A stretch of DNA of 64,000 nucleotides, taken from positions 100,441 to 164,440 of the forward strand of contig JBBDXS010000002.1 in NCBI GenBank assembly GCA_040902195.1, in the 5' to 3' direction. The notes below the pieces were generated by a model. It was not told the origin of the DNA. It was given only the letters and a program-made list of their open reading frames with translations, and did not search any database. The translations under genes were made by a program, and so were the position numbers. Source of the stretch: Dehalococcoidia bacterium. GTDB lineage: Bacteria; Chloroflexota; Dehalococcoidia; DSTF01; RBG-16-68-14. Shown here in pieces: positions 28,724-38,975 of the stretch; positions within the stretch are counted from its first letter, which is position 1; each line of letters begins with the position of its first letter.

Positions 28724-29986
28724 ATGACACAAGAATCGCAGCCGACGTTCCAGAACCAGACCGGCAGGGACCCGCGCGATGCGGCGTTCTACTTTCGCGG
28801 CGCGGGGCAGCAGGTCGCGCCGGGGGTGTACTTCTTCGGCGCGCTGGGCAACGTCTCGGCGTTCGAGACGGACGAGCGCGTGCTTATCGTCGATACCGCG
28901 ACGGGCGTGTTCGCGCCGCGTGTGATCGAGGACCTGCGCGCGAACTTCACGCAGGCGCCCGTCGAAGCGATCGTCTACACGCACGGGCATATCGATCACA
29001 CGACCGGCGCGGACGCGTGGATCGCGGACACGATATCGCGCGGGCACGGACGGCCGCGCATCGTCGCGCACGAGGACCTGCCGCGGCGGTTCGACCGCTA
29101 CCGGCTGCTCGGCAAGCAGAACGACCACATCAACCGTATCCAGTTCAACCTGCCGCCCGACGCCGCACCGTTTTCGAACGCGCCGTGGACGTACCCCGAC
29201 CAGACGTACGACGGCGCGACGACGATCTCGGCCGGCGGCGAGCGGTTCGAGCTGTATCACGCGCGCGGCGAGACGGACGACGAGACGTACGTGTGGTGCC
29301 CATCGCGTCGCGTGCTGTGCACAGGCGATACGTTCGTCTGGTGCAGCCCGAACGCGGGCAATCCGTACAAGGTGCAGCGCTACGCCAAGGACTGGGCGGA
29401 CGCGCTCGAGCACATGGCGGGCTTGCGTCCCGCGCTGCTGCTCCCCGGCCACGGCCCGCCGATCGCGGACGAGGGGACGATCCAGGACGCGCTGCTCTCG
29501 ACGGCGGCGTTCCTGCGTTCGATCCACGACCAGGTCGTGACGAAGATGAACGAGGGCAAGTGGCTGGAGGACATCATCCGCGAGATCGACTGGCCGGCGA
29601 CGGACAAGCCGTGGCTGCGCCCGATCTACGACCACCCGGAGTTCATCGCGCGGAACGTCTACCGCCTGTACGGCGGCTGGTACGACGGCGACCCGGCGCA
29701 CATGCTGCCGGCGCACTCGGAGGACGTGGCGCGCGAGCTGCTCGCGGCGACGGGGAGCGGCTCGATCCTGGCGCGGGCGCGGCAGCGCCGCGACGACGGC
29801 GACCTGCAGATGGCGTGCCACCTGGTCGATTTCGTGCGCAAGGGGGAGCCGGAGAACAAGGAGGCGTGGCAGCTCTGGCGTGACCTCTTCGCCGCGCGCG
29901 CGGAGGCGGAGAAATCGCTCATGGCGAGGGGCGCCTTCCACGCAGCGGTGCGTGAGGCGGACGCGCGGCTGGGGGAGTTGGGATAA
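28724..29986 (+). CDS. Alkyl-sulfatase-like MBL-fold hydrolase
   Basis: YTHGHIDH, GETDD, PNAGNP.KVQRY, LPGHGP, YGGWYDGDP. Confidence 0.88.
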   Translation: MTQESQPTFQNQTGRDPRDAAFYFRGAGQQVAPGVYFFGALGNVSAFETDERVLIVDTATGVFAPRVIEDLRANFTQAPVEAIVYTHGHIDHTTGADAWIADTISRGHGRPRIVAHEDLPRRFDRYRLLGKQNDHINRIQFNLPPDAAPFSNAPWTYPDQTYDGATTISAGGERFELYHARGETDDETYVWCPSRRVLCTGDTFVWCSPNAGNPYKVQRYAKDWADALEHMAGLRPALLLPGHGPPIADEGTIQDALLSTAAFLRSIHDQVVTKMNEGKWLEDIIREIDWPATDKPWLRPIYDHPEFIARNVYRLYGGWYDGDPAHMLPAHSEDVARELLAATGSGSILARARQRRDDGDLQMACHLVDFVRKGEPENKEAWQLWRDLFAARAEAEKSLMARGAFHAAVREADARLGELG

Positions 29987-30276
29987 GCGGGCAGGCCGTT
30001 CTCATTGGGCTGGCGCCGAGTCGTGTCACAGGTTTCGTCGCCCTCGCGCTACAACGGCAAGGAACAGCCGCTGATATCCTTCGCCAAGAACGCCAGGCCA
30101 CTTTGGCCGCCCGGCCCCTTCATCAGATCACTAAGGAATTGTTGAGCAAGATATCTTTCGACGATTGCGAGAAATTAGGTCAGCAGCTTGATCGTTGAAG
30201 CAAAGTGGCGCATCGCAAAGTCGATAGTTTCATGCGCCGCTAGATTGATTCAACTCTCTGCTACACTCCTAGCGCT

Positions 30277-30711
30277 ATGCCGTACGCCGTTGGCATCGAT
30301 ATGCTTGCGATCCCCCGCTTCCGGAGGGTGCTGGAGCGCCACAACGGGCGCTTTCTGCGGCGCGTGTACACGCCGGTGGAGGTCGCGTACTGCCGCGGGC
30401 GCGTGAACGAGCTGGCGGCGCGCTTCGCGGCGAAGGAGGCGGTGATGAAGGCGCTCGGTACCGGCATCCGCGGCGTCGGCTGGCGCGACATCGAGGTGCT
30501 GCCGGACCGGCGCGGCAAGCCGCTCGTCTACCTCTACGGACGCGCCCTCGAGCGCGCCGAGAAGATCGGCCTGAGCGCGCTCGACGTGTCGCTGACGCAC
30601 GAGCAGGAGTTCGCGGTAGCGGCCGTCGTGGGCGTGCGGGAGCACGCGGACGATCCTCAGGAGTCGCGAGAACGGCTCATCAAACGCCTGCTAGAACGGG
30701 GACTTTTGTAA
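30277..30711 (+). CDS. acpS: Holo-ACP synthase
   Basis: VGIDM, LAARFAAKEAVMKALGTG, SLTHE. Confidence 0.95.
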   Translation: MPYAVGIDMLAIPRFRRVLERHNGRFLRRVYTPVEVAYCRGRVNELAARFAAKEAVMKALGTGIRGVGWRDIEVLPDRRGKPLVYLYGRALERAEKIGLSALDVSLTHEQEFAVAAVVGVREHADDPQESRERLIKRLLERGLL

Positions 30712-30787
30712 TCGTCATGCGTTTGGTAGCAAGAGTTCCGCTGGCACCCGCGAGGGATCGGCGGCGAGTCAGACCCGAGGCCTCAGA

Positions 30788-32338
30788 ATGAAGCTCTGCG
30801 GCGCGGAGGAGATGCGCGCGCTGGAAGAAGCCGCCGTCGCGTCGGGGACGACGCTCGACGCGCTGATGGAGGCCGCGGGGCTGGCCGTGGCGCAGGAGGT
30901 GTGGATCAGCCTGGGCGCGGCGCCGGAGCGCAAGGCTGTCGTGCTCGTGGGGCCCGGGAACAACGGCGGCGACGGGCTCGTGGCGGCGCGCCATCTGCAC
31001 GATTTTGGCACGAACGTCGTCGTGCTGCTGCTCGCGCCCCGCGGCGAGGACGACGCGAACCTGAGGCTGCTGATCGAACGCGACGTAGAGGTGCGCGTGC
31101 TCAGCGACGATCTCGCGCCGTTGGAGGACGCGCTGGCCGGCGCAGACGTCGTGATCGACGCCGTGCTGGGCACCGGGCGCGCTCGGCCGCTCGAGGGGTT
31201 GATCGCGCGCGTGATGGACCGCGTCGACCGCGCGCGCCACGAGCCGCTCCCGCCGCAGGTCTTCGCGGTCGATCTGCCCACGGGCGTCGATGCGGACACG
31301 GGCCACGCCGACCCGCACGCGCTGGTCGCCGACGTAACGATAGCGCTGGGCTGCTCGAAAGCCGGTTTGCACACGCTGCCGGGCGCGGACTACGCAGGGC
31401 GCGTCGAAGTCATCGACATCGGCCTGCCGCACGAGGCGGTCGACGAGCTGCCCGTCGAGCTGCTCAACGCGCGCTGGGTGCGCGAGCGGCTGCCGCCGCG
31501 GCCCTCCGGCGCCAACAAGGGGACGTTCGGACGGGTGTTGATCGTTGCGGGATCGAAGCTGTACATCGGCGCGGCGCGGCTGGCGGCGCTCGGGTCGCTG
31601 CGGAGCGGCGCGGGGCTCGTGACGCTGGCCTGTCCAGAGAGCGTGCAGCCGCTCATTGCGGCGGGGATGAGCGAGGCGACCTACCTGCCGCTGCGGGAGC
31701 ACAACGGCTTCGTCGCGCCGGAGGCCGCGATGGATGTCGCGCGCGTGATCGACACGTATGACGTGCTCGTCGTTGGGCCGGGGCTCGGCCAGGGCGGGCG
31801 ACAGGAAGCGTTCTTGCGACAGCTCCTGCCCTCGCTCGAGGAAGCGAACGCGCGCGTGGTCATCGACGCGGACGGGCTGAACAACCTGGCGAAGCAGCCG
31901 CGTTGGTGGGAGCGGGTGCGCGCGCCCTGCGTGCTCACGCCGCACCCGGGCGAGCACGCGAGGCTCACACGCCGCTCGATCGAAGAGATCCAGTCGAACC
32001 GCCTCGCCTCCGCGCGCGACGCGGCGCACATGCTGGGCCACACCATCGTGCTGAAGGGAGCGTACACCGTGATCGCGTCGCCGGGCGGGCGCGCGGCCGT
32101 GAATCCCTACGCGAGCCCCGCGCTCGCCTCCGCCGGCACGGGCGACGTCCTCGCGGGCGTGATCTCGGGCCTGCTGGCGCAAGGGCTGGCGCCGTTCGAG
32201 GCGGCCTGCTGCGGCGCGTACGTGCACGCGGCTACGGCGGAAGGGCTGCGCGCCGATCTGGGCGACGCGGGCATGCTCGCGGGCGACCTGCTGCCGGAGC
32301 TGCCGAGGACGCTGCGGGAGCTGCGGGCGTTTGCTTAG
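30788..32338 (+). CDS. nnr: Bifunctional NAD(P)H-hydrate epimerase/dehydratase
   Basis: GPGNNGGDG, DAVLGTG, KGTFG, GPGLG, TPHPGE, AGTGDVLAG. Confidence 0.95.
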   Translation: MKLCGAEEMRALEEAAVASGTTLDALMEAAGLAVAQEVWISLGAAPERKAVVLVGPGNNGGDGLVAARHLHDFGTNVVVLLLAPRGEDDANLRLLIERDVEVRVLSDDLAPLEDALAGADVVIDAVLGTGRARPLEGLIARVMDRVDRARHEPLPPQVFAVDLPTGVDADTGHADPHALVADVTIALGCSKAGLHTLPGADYAGRVEVIDIGLPHEAVDELPVELLNARWVRERLPPRPSGANKGTFGRVLIVAGSKLYIGAARLAALGSLRSGAGLVTLACPESVQPLIAAGMSEATYLPLREHNGFVAPEAAMDVARVIDTYDVLVVGPGLGQGGRQEAFLRQLLPSLEEANARVVIDADGLNNLAKQPRWWERVRAPCVLTPHPGEHARLTRRSIEEIQSNRLASARDAAHMLGHTIVLKGAYTVIASPGGRAAVNPYASPALASAGTGDVLAGVISGLLAQGLAPFEAACCGAYVHAATAEGLRADLGDAGMLAGDLLPELPRTLRELRAFA

Positions 32339-32365
32339 AGCGCCGGATCGACCAAGGAGGCACGC

Positions 32366-32695
32366 ATGGTCAAGCTGATCTACTGCATCAATCGACTGCC
32401 AGGGATGTCCGTCGCGGACTTCCAGCGCTACTGGCGCGAGACCCACGCCCCCATCGCGGCCGCGATACCGGGCGTGCGACGCTACGTGCAGTGCCACGTG
32501 CTGCCCGAGCTGTACGACCGCGACACTGGACCGCCCTACGACGGCGCGGCTGAGCTGTGGTTCGACGACCTGGATGCGATGCGGGCGGCGATGCGATCGC
32601 CGGAGGTCGCGGCGGCGCGCGAGGATGAGAAGAACTTCATCGATCACTCACGCGTCGCGATGTTCGTCACGGAAGAGAAGCCGGTGGTGGAGTAG
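32366..32695 (+). CDS. EthD family protein
   Basis: PGMS..DF..YW...HAP, YDGAAELWFDD, DE.NFID. Confidence 0.9.
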   Translation: MVKLIYCINRLPGMSVADFQRYWRETHAPIAAAIPGVRRYVQCHVLPELYDRDTGPPYDGAAELWFDDLDAMRAAMRSPEVAAAREDEKNFIDHSRVAMFVTEEKPVVE

Positions 32696-32701
32696 CGGCG
32701 G

Positions 32702-33463
32702 CTACTGCGCGCGACGGCGCGCGAGCATCGTTCCGGCGAGGACGATCGTACCCAGGAGGACAACGGCCACCACGATCAGCGGGCCGACGGCCCATGCTGA
32801 GGTGTCTTCAAGCCTGGGCCGAGTGCAAAATTCTAGCTCCTCCCTTGTGAAGAAGTCGCCGCTACAATCAATCTCGCGCGAGGCTGGCGGCTCGGGCGTG
32901 TCGAAGACGTGCGGAGCTCCAAAACGGAGTGCGGCATCGAGCTGGGCTGGTGCAGACCCGGCGAGTTGCGCAACGCGCCGGATGGCTTGTTCGGCCGGGA
33001 ACTGCGCGGGCTCCGCGTACGTGCTGCGCACGTTGCCGTCGCCGATGACGTACTTGCCCCCATCGTAGCCGGCTATTTGAAGCGCGCCTGCCGGGGGCGT
33101 CGTGCCGAGTGGCGCAGGGCCTCGATAGTGATACAAGAACAGGAGGACGCGCTCGCCATCCCTTAGCCGCGGACTACCGCTACAGTCTGCGCCCAGCCAG
33201 CCCGTCGGCGCGATCGTGATCTCGCTGCCAGCCGAGCCCTTGAGCACGGCTGCGACCTCGATTGTGGATTCGTACGACTCGTACGCGTCGTGGAGCTCTC
33301 GCTCGGAGACAACTTCTCCCACGACGATGAGCTCCGCGTATTGTGTGTTCTCTTCGAGGTTCGCTCGCGCGATCCTGCACGCTGCCGCTCGTTCCGGCGG
33401 GACGAAGCCGAACATGCCGAGGCCTATCGCGAGGAGAACGGCTGCCGCCAGGAGCCAGCGCAT
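32702..33463 (-). CDS. Hypothetical exported protein with C-terminal TM anchor (TIMP/NTR-like N-terminus)
   Basis: Signal peptide ending AAA|C, IVVGEVV, 4 Cys, C-terminal hydrophobic helix + RRR. Confidence 0.6.
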   Translation of the reverse strand: MRWLLAAAVLLAIGLGMFGFVPPERAAACRIARANLEENTQYAELIVVGEVVSERELHDAYESYESTIEVAAVLKGSAGSEITIAPTGWLGADCSGSPRLRDGERVLLFLYHYRGPAPLGTTPPAGALQIAGYDGGKYVIGDGNVRSTYAEPAQFPAEQAIRRVAQLAGSAPAQLDAALRFGAPHVFDTPEPPASREIDCSGDFFTREELEFCTRPRLEDTSAWAVGPLIVVAVVLLGTIVLAGTMLARRRAQ

Positions 33464-33526
33464 GACATGAGTGTAGACGAAACGAGAGGGCGCGTGGTCC
33501 GCTTGAGAGGTGCGGTAGGCGAAACA

Positions 33527-33587
33527 CCCTCACCCCTGCCCCTCTCCCCCTGAAGAGGGAGAGGGGTGGCCGCAGGCCGGGGAGAGG
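33527..33587. repeat. CCCT-type REP-like element
   Basis: CCCTCACCCCTGCCCCTCTCCCCCTGAAGAGGGAGAGGGG, similar to 61941-61980. Confidence 0.7.
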
Positions 33588-33622
33588 CTGTCATCATATG
33601 CATGGCGGAGGCCCGCAGTTCA

Positions 33623-34528
33623 CTACACGCCCTCGTGCGGCTCCATGTGAACGGTGACGATGACGCCGGGGAGCCGCTCGCGGATCGCCGCCTCTAGCTC
33701 TTCCGAGATGTCGTGCGCCTCAGCGACGGTCTTATGCGCATCGATCTGCACGTGCACGTCGACGTAGCGCTCGCGGCCGGCCTTGCGCGTGCGCAGGCCG
33801 TGGTAGCCGCGCACAGCGCGACCTGTGCGTTCGCTCAAGCAGTGCTCGATGAGCTCGCGCTCGTCCACGGGCAGGCGCACATCCATCATCTCTGTCATGC
33901 CGGACATGAAGATGCCGGCGGCAGTCCAGAGGAGATAGACGGCGAGCCCGAGTGCGACGATCGGGTCGAAGACCGAGTTGCCCGTAACGGCGACGAGCGC
34001 GAGCGCGGCGATGACGGCCGCGGCCTGGAAAACGTTCGTCCAGAGATGGCGTGTGTCCGCCTTCAGCGCGACGGAGCCCGTCGTGCGCGCGGCATAGCCG
34101 ACATACATCACGACGAGGACGTTCACGAGCGCCGTCGCGGCCAGTGCGATCATCCCGGGGCCGGTATCGATCTCTACGTCGCGATCGATGAGGCGGCTGA
34201 CGGCTCGCACCATAATGTACGTTGCGCCGCCGCCGATGAGCAGCGACTGGCCCATCGCGGCGATCGCCTCGGCCTTGCCGTGGCCGTAGGGATGCTCTTC
34301 GTCCGCAGGCTGGTTGGCGAGGCGAATGCTGACGAACGCGAACGTCGACGCGATGGCGTCCTGCGCGCTATCGATGCCGTCGGAGAGCACGGCGACGCTG
34401 CCGGTGAGCACGCCGACCGTGATCTTGAGCACCATCAGCGTGACGTTCGAGACAAACGAGAGCGCGGCGGCGCGCGACGCGAGGTCGAGCCGCAAGCCGA
34501 GGAAGCCGTCGTGCGCTGGAGCGGCCAT
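33623..34528 (-). CDS. Cation diffusion facilitator transporter
   Basis: TGSVAVLSD, PADEEHPYGHGKAE, LRTRKAG, VHMEP. Confidence 0.93.
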   Translation of the reverse strand: MAAPAHDGFLGLRLDLASRAAALSFVSNVTLMVLKITVGVLTGSVAVLSDGIDSAQDAIASTFAFVSIRLANQPADEEHPYGHGKAEAIAAMGQSLLIGGGATYIMVRAVSRLIDRDVEIDTGPGMIALAATALVNVLVVMYVGYAARTTGSVALKADTRHLWTNVFQAAAVIAALALVAVTGNSVFDPIVALGLAVYLLWTAAGIFMSGMTEMMDVRLPVDERELIEHCLSERTGRAVRGYHGLRTRKAGRERYVDVHVQIDAHKTVAEAHDISEELEAAIRERLPGVIVTVHMEPHEGV

Positions 34529-34531
34529 ACG

Positions 34532-35548
34532 TCAGGTCCTCGCTTCGAGCTCGGCGGCGGGCGCGAGCGCGGGCTCGGGCGGCGAGGAGGCGGGCGTGTG
34601 CGGCAAGCGGCGCGTGACGATGAAGAACGCGATCAGCCCGACGATGACGCCGAACCAGAGCGTGCCGAAGCGAATGATCAGCGCCGCCACGGCGGCCGAG
34701 CTCTTGCTCATGTGCAGGAGCTGCTGCGAGAGCGCCGTGATACTCCCCTCGGCCACGCCGAGGCCGCCCGGCGTAAGCAGGACCGCGCTCGCAAGCGTGG
34801 CGATGGGCAGGATAAACGCCGAGTGCAGGAGCAGGTCGCCGTTGCCGGTGAGGCCGAGACCGGCGAGCGTGACGTAGAACGCGAGCACCTCGAAGAACCA
34901 GGAAAACGTGCTGAGGAGGCTCATCGAGATGACGGCGGCCGGCGACATGAGCACGTACGTCGATTCGTAGAAGGCCTCGAGCTGCGGGATAAAGCGCTTC
35001 ACGAACGGCAGGCGCTTGCCCAGACCGAGCAGGGCGAACGCCGCCGGCCGGTGCCGGGAGAGGGCGACGATGAGGACCGCGCCGAGCGAGACGAGGACGA
35101 ACACCTGCCACAAGTTCCCGAACACGAGCACGCCCGCCCCCGCGATGATCAGCAGTGCGATGCTGTCTGTGAGGCGCTCCGCGATGGGGATAGGCGCCGA
35201 GCGCGCGAGCGACGTGCCTTTCATCTCGCGCAGGAGGTAGCACTTGAGCCACTCGCCGACTTTGCCCGGCGTGACGACCATGCCGAGGCCGGCGAAAAAG
35301 ATAAGGAAGCTATCCCACTTCGAGAGGCCCTCGACGCCGATGATGCGCAGGTAGTACTCCCACTTCACCCAGCGCAGGACGTAGTTCACGCTGGTCAGCG
35401 CGAGCACGAGCGGCAAGAGCGCCCAGTTGAAGTCGCCCAGGCTCTTGAGGACGTCGTTGAGGTCCGCGTAGAACGAAAGCCCGGCATAGACGAGGATGCC
35501 GAACACGAGCGAGATGAGCAGTCGATTGCGGAGATTGCGTACGTTCAC
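34532..35548 (-). CDS. Lysylphosphatidylglycerol-synthase TM/flippase-like membrane protein
   Basis: TPGKVGE, AERLTD, TPGGLGVAEG, multiple TM helices. Confidence 0.88.
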   Translation of the reverse strand: MNVRNLRNRLLISLVFGILVYAGLSFYADLNDVLKSLGDFNWALLPLVLALTSVNYVLRWVKWEYYLRIIGVEGLSKWDSFLIFFAGLGMVVTPGKVGEWLKCYLLREMKGTSLARSAPIPIAERLTDSIALLIIAGAGVLVFGNLWQVFVLVSLGAVLIVALSRHRPAAFALLGLGKRLPFVKRFIPQLEAFYESTYVLMSPAAVISMSLLSTFSWFFEVLAFYVTLAGLGLTGNGDLLLHSAFILPIATLASAVLLTPGGLGVAEGSITALSQQLLHMSKSSAAVAALIIRFGTLWFGVIVGLIAFFIVTRRLPHTPASSPPEPALAPAAELEART

Positions 35549-35612
35549 GTCGCCATTATGATATCCGGCGGTTGATTGTGGGGCGACGGAGGGGGCGCGC
35601 GAAGGCCGGAAC

Positions 35613-35670
35613 GTAGCTGCAGGCCTTCACGCCTGCCCCCACCCCGGCAGGGCTAAAGCCGTGTAGCTAC
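35613..35670. repeat. Inverted REP pair (REPIN-like)
   Basis: GTAGCTGCAGGCCTTCACGCCTGC...GGCAGGGCTAAAGCCGTGTAGCTAC. Confidence 0.65.
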
Positions 35671-35685
35671 GGGGCCGTGCCGGCG

Positions 35686-36864
35686 TTAGGCGCCGGCGGC
35701 GGCGGCGCCGGCGGGCGCGGTCGAGGGCGCTTGGGGACCTTCGGCGGCGTATTTCGCGAAGAGCTGTCCCCAGGGCGAGGACGTCAGCCACTGTTCGTAG
35801 ACCTTCTTCTCCTTCAGCGGCCAGTGGTAGTAGTCGTGGAAGATTTCGCTGAAGAGGATCGGGCCGGCGACGAACGGCGGGCGCGTGACGATCTTCTGGA
35901 GGAACTTCGTCGGGCCGTACCAGGTCATCCAACCGAGGAAGCTGTGCAGGTGTGAGCCGACCTTGAAGTTCCACGACTCGTTCGAAACGTCGTCGCCGAC
36001 GAGCTCGATCTCGCGCGGGTCGCCCACGCCGAGCCCTTCCTCGTGCGCGAGCGCGATGTACTGGATCGACATCGGGTCGAAGCCCATCATCCTGGCCGCG
36101 ACGGCGTCGATGGCCACCTGGTCGCCGGAGGCGAGGATGACGTTCTTCTGCACGGGCTCCATGATGCGCGGGCCGGGGCCGTTGCCGGCCGTCGTGCCGT
36201 CCATCGTGGCGAAGATGCCGGTGTGGATCTCCTTCTGGATCGCGAGCAGGTCGACCAGCGTCTCGTGGATGTGCGTGTGCGTGTAGTGGCGGTGCGTGTT
36301 GAGCAGGCCGCCGAACGCGTTCTTCATCGCGCCGGTGGTCGTCGTGTAGATGTGGCACTTTGTCGTTGGCAGGTGGACGATGTTCTTGCCTGCAAAGTAG
36401 TTCGGGATCTGGATGCCGCCCGGAAAGATCTTATCGAGGACGAGCATGCGGTGCTTCGGCTTGAAGACCTCCCACTGCATGTCTTCTTTCCGGAAGTTGA
36501 ACTTCACATCGATGTCGTGGTGGCGGAAGATCGGGACGTAATGGTTCAGGTCCTCGCCTTTGAACGCGTTCGTGACGACGGTCTTGTTCTGCACGCAGGC
36601 GAGGTCGTTGTAGCCCGCCTTGCGCAGCGCCGTGATCGCGCCCTCGAGCTGCCACGGCGTGGTGTTGGCGGATGGGAACGGGAAGTGCCAGGAGATGTTG
36701 TCTTTGAGGATCGTCGGCGCGGACGGGTCGAGGTGCTGGCGAAAATCTGCCAGCTCCATCAGGCGCTCGTAGTCCTGGAGCACCGTCTCCGGTTTGGTGA
36801 ACAGCACGGCCACCTTCGCCTTCGGGGCGTTGCGCGGGCCGTTACCGCTGTGGCTCTCGGTCAT
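35686..36864 (-). CDS. DUF362-domain protein
   Basis: ILKDNISW, NTTPWQLEG, LPTTKCH..T.TTGAMKNAFG, DQVAIDAVAA.MMG. Confidence 0.85.
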   Translation of the reverse strand: MTESHSGNGPRNAPKAKVAVLFTKPETVLQDYERLMELADFRQHLDPSAPTILKDNISWHFPFPSANTTPWQLEGAITALRKAGYNDLACVQNKTVVTNAFKGEDLNHYVPIFRHHDIDVKFNFRKEDMQWEVFKPKHRMLVLDKIFPGGIQIPNYFAGKNIVHLPTTKCHIYTTTTGAMKNAFGGLLNTHRHYTHTHIHETLVDLLAIQKEIHTGIFATMDGTTAGNGPGPRIMEPVQKNVILASGDQVAIDAVAARMMGFDPMSIQYIALAHEEGLGVGDPREIELVGDDVSNESWNFKVGSHLHSFLGWMTWYGPTKFLQKIVTRPPFVAGPILFSEIFHDYYHWPLKEKKVYEQWLTSSPWGQLFAKYAAEGPQAPSTAPAGAAAAGA

Positions 36865-37832
36865 CGAATCCTCCCATCGCTCCCCTTGCGCGCGATCACG
36901 GCCTTTGCTTCACGGACGATGGTTTCCGCGTTCAGGCCGTACTTTTCCATCAACTCATCCCATTTGCCCGACTCGGCGTAGCGGTCCTTCATGCCGACCG
37001 CGCCCATCGGGACGGGATACTTCGATCCTACCAACTGCGAGACGAGGGCGGCCACACCCATGTGGACCTGATGCTCCTCCGCCGTCACGATCGCGCCGGT
37101 CTCGCGCGCGGCGCGAACAATCGATTCCTCATCGAGCGGACGAAGCGTGGCGAGATTGAGCACGCGCGCCTCGATGCCCTCCTGGGCGAGCGTCGCGGCG
37201 GCATCGAGCGCGGGCTTGACCAAGATGCCGGTGGCGATGATCGACACGTCGTTGCCGGCGCGCAGCTCGTGCGCCTTGCCCAGCTCGAACGTGTAGCTAT
37301 CGTCGTAGATCACGGGGACTTTCGGGCGGCCGGTGCGGATGTAGAACGGGCCGGGCGTGCGCGCGGCGACCTCGATCGCCTGACGCGCCTCGACGACGTC
37401 GGCGGGCACGATGACGTTCACGCCCGCGAGCGAGCACATGAGCGCGAGGTCCTCGATGGCCATCGCGGAGATGCCATCTTCGCCGACGCTGATGCCGCCG
37501 TGGCTCGAGACCATCTTCACGTTGAGGCCCGTCTGCGCGACGCTGACGCGGATCTGGTCGAAGCAGCGTCCCGGCATGAAGACGCCAAACGTGCTGCAAA
37601 ACGCGACCTTGCCCGCGGCCGCCAGCCCGGCCGACACGCCGATCATGTTCTGCTCAGCGATGCCGACTGTGAAGAAGCGATCCGGGAACACTTTCTCGAA
37701 CTCGCGCGAGGTCGTCGACTTGCCAAGGTCCGCGTCGACGACAACGATATCGACGCCGTCCTGCGCGAGCTTCACGAGCGTGGGGCCGAGCGCCTCGCGG
37801 GTGGCGGCAGGCGGCGCTGCTCCGACCGTCAT
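36861..37832 (-). CDS. Transketolase, C-terminal subunit
   Basis: GIAEQNMIG, CFDQIR, SHGG, YIRTGR, TAEEH. Confidence 0.93.
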   Translation of the reverse strand: MTVGAAPPAATREALGPTLVKLAQDGVDIVVVDADLGKSTTSREFEKVFPDRFFTVGIAEQNMIGVSAGLAAAGKVAFCSTFGVFMPGRCFDQIRVSVAQTGLNVKMVSSHGGISVGEDGISAMAIEDLALMCSLAGVNVIVPADVVEARQAIEVAARTPGPFYIRTGRPKVPVIYDDSYTFELGKAHELRAGNDVSIIATGILVKPALDAAATLAQEGIEARVLNLATLRPLDEESIVRAARETGAIVTAEEHQVHMGVAALVSQLVGSKYPVPMGAVGMKDRYAESGKWDELMEKYGLNAETIVREAKAVIARKGSDGRIR

Positions 37833-38659
37833 TCGCCGATCTCCGCCAGCGCCTGCGCGAGCTGCTCCTTGTTCGGGCCTTTGCCGTGCCAGTCCGGGTT
37901 GTTCTCCATGAAGCTTACGCCTTTGCCCTTCACCGTCTTCGCGATGATCGCTGAGGGCCTGTCGGTGACGCCCTTCGCCGCTTCGAAGGCATCGATGAGC
38001 TGCTGAACGTCGTGGCCGTCGACGGTCTGGACGTGCCAGCCGAAGGCCTCGAACTTCGCGTCGAGCGGGTCGATCTCCATCGTGTCCTTCACGAACCAGT
38101 CGTTCTGGACGCCGTTGCGGTCGATGATGGCGGTGAGCCGGTCGAGCTTGTAGTAGCCGGCGCACATGAGCGCCTCCCAGACCTGGCCTTCCTGGCACTC
38201 GCCGTCGCCCATGAGGCAGTAGACGCGGTAGTCGCGCCCGTCCAGCCGCGCCGCGAGAAGCTGGCCGATCGAGTAGGACAGCCCCTGGCCAAGCGAGCCC
38301 GCCGACATCTCGATGCCGGGGACGGTGTTGATCTTGCTGTGGCCCTGGAGGCGGCTGTTCAGCTTACGAAACGTGAGCAGCTCATCGACGGGGAAGTAGC
38401 CGGCCTCAGCGAGCGCGGCGTAGTAGACGGGCGTGCAGTGGCCCTTGCTGAGGACGAAGCGATCGCGGTCAGGCCAGTCGGGGAGCTTGGGGTCGTGGCG
38501 AAGGACGCCTCCGAAGTAGAGGGCGCAGAGAATCTCGACGGAGGAAAGCGATCCGCCGGGGTGGCCGCTCTGCGCTTCCGACGTCATCTCAACGATGTGC
38601 CGCCGGATGCGCCGCGCAACGGCCAAGAGCTGTTGGGTGTCAGTAGCTACCAAGGGCAA
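37829..38659 (-). CDS. Transketolase, N-terminal subunit
   Basis: SGHPGGSLS, DRFVLSKGH, LQGH, MGDGECQEG, WHGK. Confidence 0.95.
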   Translation of the reverse strand: MPLVATDTQQLLAVARRIRRHIVEMTSEAQSGHPGGSLSSVEILCALYFGGVLRHDPKLPDWPDRDRFVLSKGHCTPVYYAALAEAGYFPVDELLTFRKLNSRLQGHSKINTVPGIEMSAGSLGQGLSYSIGQLLAARLDGRDYRVYCLMGDGECQEGQVWEALMCAGYYKLDRLTAIIDRNGVQNDWFVKDTMEIDPLDAKFEAFGWHVQTVDGHDVQQLIDAFEAAKGVTDRPSAIIAKTVKGKGVSFMENNPDWHGKGPNKEQLAQALAEIGE

Positions 38660-38975
38660 TCTTTATGGACGTCTCGTAGGGCCATTATAGGAAGGCCGTT
38701 CGCGGTGTGTCCACCGGCGGCGCGGGAAGGGCAGGCCCGCCGCCAGAGGCGACTCTTCGAAAAGGTCTGCAGCTACGGGCGGCCAGCCGCGGGAACATCC
38801 CGGCGGCGGCATGCGTCATCGAGGTGTGTGGCCGCACTCCGGACGCGAGCGGCGCATAAGCTCGCAGGAAAATGGCCTGCGGGCGGTAGCGCCGGCGCGC
38901 TATACTAAATACAGCAGTCCCCCTTTTGCAGGCCGGGTGGAGCAATCTCACAGGCACGAGGGGACGAGGAGAGAC

